Shown piece by piece: positions 6,076 through 8,139 of a stretch of 8,139 bases of DNA. Within the stretch, counting starts at the first letter, position 1, and each line of letters opens with the position of its first letter. This DNA comes from a virus (Duplodnaviria > Heunggongvirae > Uroviricota > Caudoviricetes). The position numbers and the translations under genes were made by a program. The notes under the pieces are model-generated. The model made no database searches and was not told where the DNA came from. It saw nothing but the letters and a program-made list of their open reading frames with translations. The stretch is taken from IMG/VR virus record IMGVR_UViG_2534682295_000017; one strand, written 5' to 3'.

Positions 6076-6355
6076 CGCGATAACGGTCAAAAATTATGGC
6101 GCTGACACTTTTGTGCCACTGGAGATGACTGTACCTAAGTTCAGGGGAGAAGAACACGTCCGGTGGGATGGTCGGGCCAGATTTAAAGGGCAGGTCATGG
6201 CTCCAGCCTGTACGCTGGCAATGGAGGCTGCCTGGCGGGAAATTGATATGGGAACCACGCCACTCAGGGATTTACTGCCGGTCCAGAGAATAAATTCCTG
6301 TTACGGTTACACCACTGTGATCTTGCAAGTGCAGGAAAGTAGGTCTACACGGTAA
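6044..6355 (+). pseudogene. possible remnant of a fimbrial major-subunit gene (N-terminal conserved block only)
   Basis: The translated segment RARFKGQVMAPACTLAMEAAWREIDMGTTPLRDL parallels the conserved N-terminal block of type 1 fimbrial subunits (FimA TVHFKGEVVNAACAV...VQLGQVRTASL). There is no signal peptide and the downstream sequence diverges. Confidence 0.3.
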
Positions 6356-6581
6356 CGCGAGTGCGTGTAACTTTTGATGTCATTCCCGTAGAAACACCGG
6401 ACAAATTTTCGCTGACAGGTCATGCAGAAGGTATAAATCTGCAGATTATGGACAATTACGGATATCCGGCAAGAGCCGGAAAAAGCATGCCGCCTCTAAT
6501 TCTCAGTGGAAGATGGACTTGATTATACTCATTGCATTGTCAGAAATAGTTATCCATTAAAGGCTGGCTATTCCAAACAGG

Positions 6582-6609
6582 ATGTTGATTACAAAAATGT
6601 AATCAACAT
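6582..6609. promoter_or_regulatory. 12-bp perfect inverted repeat, candidate operator upstream of the binding-protein gene
   Basis: ATGTTGATTACA-aaaa-TGTAATCAACAT lies in an AT-rich region about 165 bp upstream of the ATG at 6774. A TATAAT hexamer sits at 6636-6641. Confidence 0.35.
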
Positions 6610-6773
6610 GTAAGGTTTATACTCTTCAATATGCGTATAATTTTCCTTATTTTGTTGACTTTAAATAACAAGCTATGCACGAGGTAAAGTCGGATAAGTT
6701 TATCTGGATGTAATATATATTATTTGTAGTGTTTATAACTTTATTTCATGATAACCAATAAAAGGAGTTTTTT

Positions 6774-7532
6774 ATGAGGAACATAATGGCAGGTTTTTTA
6801 ATATTCCTGTCTTCTGCTGCTTATGCTGATATCAATCTGTATGGTCCTGGTGGCCCGCATACAGCCTTGCTTGATGCAGCCAAACTTTATGCCGAAAAAA
6901 CAGGTATTATAGTGAACGTTCATTACGGCCCACAGAACAAATGGAATGAAGATGCCAAAAAAAATGCAGATATCTTGTTTGGCGCATCAGAACAATCTGC
7001 TCTGGCTATCATTCGGGACCATAAAGACAGCTTCAGTGAAAAAGATATTCAGCCTCTTTATCTGCGAAAAAGTATTTTACTGGTAAAGAAAGGTAATCCT
7101 AAAAATATCCGGAGTATTGACGACCTGACCAGACCTGGGATTGGCGTAATTGTTAATGATGGTGGTGGTACCAGTAATACATCAGGCACTGGCGTCTGGG
7201 AAGATATTGCCGGACGTAAAGGGAATATAGAAACTGTCGCCGCAATCCGAAAAAATATTATTTTATATGCGCCCAATAGCGGAACTGCACGTAAGGCTCT
7301 TGAGAATCAGCCTGGAGCAGATGTCTGGATAACCTGGGCTGACTGGGCAGCCAGTAATCCAGAAATTGGTGATGTCGTGGAAATAGCGCCAGACTACGTG
7401 ATATGGCGTGATATGAACATTACAGTACGTCAGGATGCAAATGATGAAACCCGTCGATTTGCAGAATGGCTACAAACCGATGAAGCGGCGCCTGCATTCA
7501 AAAAATATGGCTGGACCAGGAAAGGCACTTGA
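6774..7532 (+). CDS. secreted periplasmic substrate-binding protein, ModA-like fold, orphan
   Basis: RBS AGGAG lies 7 nt upstream. Predicted signal peptide MRNIMAGFLIFLSSAAYA with an A-Y-A cleavage motif. The mature protein shows the type 2 periplasmic binding-protein pattern seen in ModA (INLYGP..., ADILFGASEQ, C-terminal KKYGWTRK compared with ModA KRYGFTIK). No permease or ATPase gene is adjacent. Confidence 0.75.
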   Translation: MRNIMAGFLIFLSSAAYADINLYGPGGPHTALLDAAKLYAEKTGIIVNVHYGPQNKWNEDAKKNADILFGASEQSALAIIRDHKDSFSEKDIQPLYLRKSILLVKKGNPKNIRSIDDLTRPGIGVIVNDGGGTSNTSGTGVWEDIAGRKGNIETVAAIRKNIILYAPNSGTARKALENQPGADVWITWADWAASNPEIGDVVEIAPDYVIWRDMNITVRQDANDETRRFAEWLQTDEAAPAFKKYGWTRKGT

Positions 7533-7533
7533 C

Positions 7534-7564
7534 ATCCTCGTCCTTCAGGACGTGGATTCTTTTT
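7534..7564 (+). terminator. intrinsic terminator of the binding-protein gene
   Basis: Stem CGTCC (7539-7543) / GGACG (7548-7552) with loop TTCA, further flanking pairs, then a T-rich run 7557-7564. Confidence 0.6.
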
Positions 7565-7590
7565 CCGGATGCCGCGCCAGCGGCATGTAG
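7565..7590. repeat. REP-like palindromic unit
   Basis: CCGGATGCCGCGCCAGCGGCATGTAGG contains the stem ATGCCGC (7569-7575) / GCGGCAT (7580-7586) and resembles the E. coli REP consensus GCCGGATGCGGCG...CCTAC. Confidence 0.3.
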
Positions 7591-7651
7591 GGGCAGCTCA
7601 CAAAACGGAAAAAATTGTACGCTAAGCCTCGCCAGGTGAACTGAATTCATT

Positions 7652-7675
7652 CCGATATGGGAATTCCCATATCGG
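7652..7675. promoter_or_regulatory. 24-bp perfect palindrome of unknown function
   Basis: CCGATATGGGAA/TTCCCATATCGG, a 12+12 inverted repeat with no spacer, centred on GAATTC, lies between the binding-protein terminator and the hok leader. Confidence 0.3.
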
Positions 7676-7779
7676 GCGAAAACGGTTTGCTGTAACGGCA
7701 GAGTTAAGTAGGATTGCTGCGGGTGCTTGAGGCTATCTGCCTCGGGCATGAACACCAACGGCAGATAGATAAAAGCCCC

Positions 7780-7867
7780 ACCCGACTATAAATCGAAGTG
7801 AGGCCCCTATATGCTCGTCACATATAGATTGCCTCTTACGGACCGAAAGGTCAAGGAGAAGCAGGCT
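7780..7867. promoter_or_regulatory. hok leader region: in-frame upstream start (mok-like), stem-loop, and candidate antisense sok promoter
   Basis: An upstream in-frame ATG at 7811 with GAGG 7 nt before it extends Hok by 19 codons. A 7-bp inverted repeat CTATATG-ctcgtca-CATATAG (7807-7827) spans that ATG. The minus strand carries TTGACC (plus 7844-7849), which could serve as the -35 of a sok-type antisense promoter. Confidence 0.35.
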
Positions 7868-8023
7868 ATGAAGCAGCAAAAGGCGATGTTAATCGCCCTG
7901 ATCGTCATCTGTTTAATCGTCATAGTGACGGCACTGGTAACGAGGAAAGACCTCTGCGAGGTACGAATCCGAACCGGCCAGACGGAGGTCGCTGTCTTCA
8001 CAGCTTACGAACCTGAGGAGTAA
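7868..8023 (+). CDS. hokD: Hok/Gef-family type I toxin (51 aa)
   Basis: MKQQKAMLIALIVICLIVIVTALVTRKDLCEVRIRTGQTEVAVFTAYEPEE is a single-TM Hok-family peptide (compare R1 Hok ...[25 protein letters not shown]) and is near-identical to RelF/HokD as I recall it. AAGGAG lies 9 nt upstream. The symbol rests on that recollection plus the Qin-like context. Confidence 0.85.
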   Translation: MKQQKAMLIALIVICLIVIVTALVTRKDLCEVRIRTGQTEVAVFTAYEPEE

Positions 8024-8093
8024 GAGACCAGGCGGGGGAGAAATCCCTCGCCACCTCTGATGTGTCAGGCATCCTCAACGCACCCGCACTTAA

Positions 8094-8118
8094 CCCGCTT
8101 CGGCGGGTTTTGTTTTTT
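8094..8118 (+). terminator. intrinsic terminator of the hok transcript
   Basis: CCCGC (8094-8098), UUCG tetraloop (8099-8102), GCGGG (8103-8107), followed by TTTTGTTTTTT (8108-8118). Confidence 0.8.
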
Positions 8119-8139
8119 CCTGGCATTCTGGTTTACAAT

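Noticed and set aside
7058-7758. Minus-strand ORFs 7058..7276 and 7498..7758
   Set aside because: The first is antisense to the binding-protein gene. The second spans the terminator, REP-like and palindrome elements and has no RBS.
7807-8001. 64-aa minus-strand ORF opposite hok
   Set aside because: It is antisense to the hok coding sequence. Antisense regulation in hok loci is by a small RNA, not a protein.
1-8139. CRISPR array, IS element, or integrase/att boundary
   Set aside because: No regularly spaced direct repeats, no terminal inverted repeats flanking a transposase, and no intact recombinase were seen in the window.

Overview
This window reads as a Qin-like (dicA/dicC-type) lambdoid prophage segment from an enterobacterial genome, with a central divergent immunity switch. 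A DicA-like short XRE repressor (2434..2841, -) and a DicC/P22-Cro-like gene (2918..3145, +) flank three phased TTAG-N6-CTAA operator sites. Leftward of the repressor is the division-inhibition operon: a 99-aa ORF, a 72-aa ydfC-sized ORF, an unrecognised 135-aa gene that appears inserted, a DicF-like sRNA, dicB and a ydfD-like gene. Rightward of the Cro-like gene is a replication module: a YdaT-like protein, an O-like HTH/DnaT-domain initiator with internal ACCCAAA iterons, and a lambda-P-like helicase loader. Next come a conserved prophage gene broken by an in-frame amber codon, a possible fimbrial-subunit remnant, an AT-rich island carrying an orphan ModA-like secreted binding protein, and a hok-family toxin locus. 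All calls rest on reading the sequence and on recalled family features; no searches or computations were run. The most likely places for something undescribed are the 135-aa insertion inside the DicA-controlled operon and the orphan binding-protein island next to hok.
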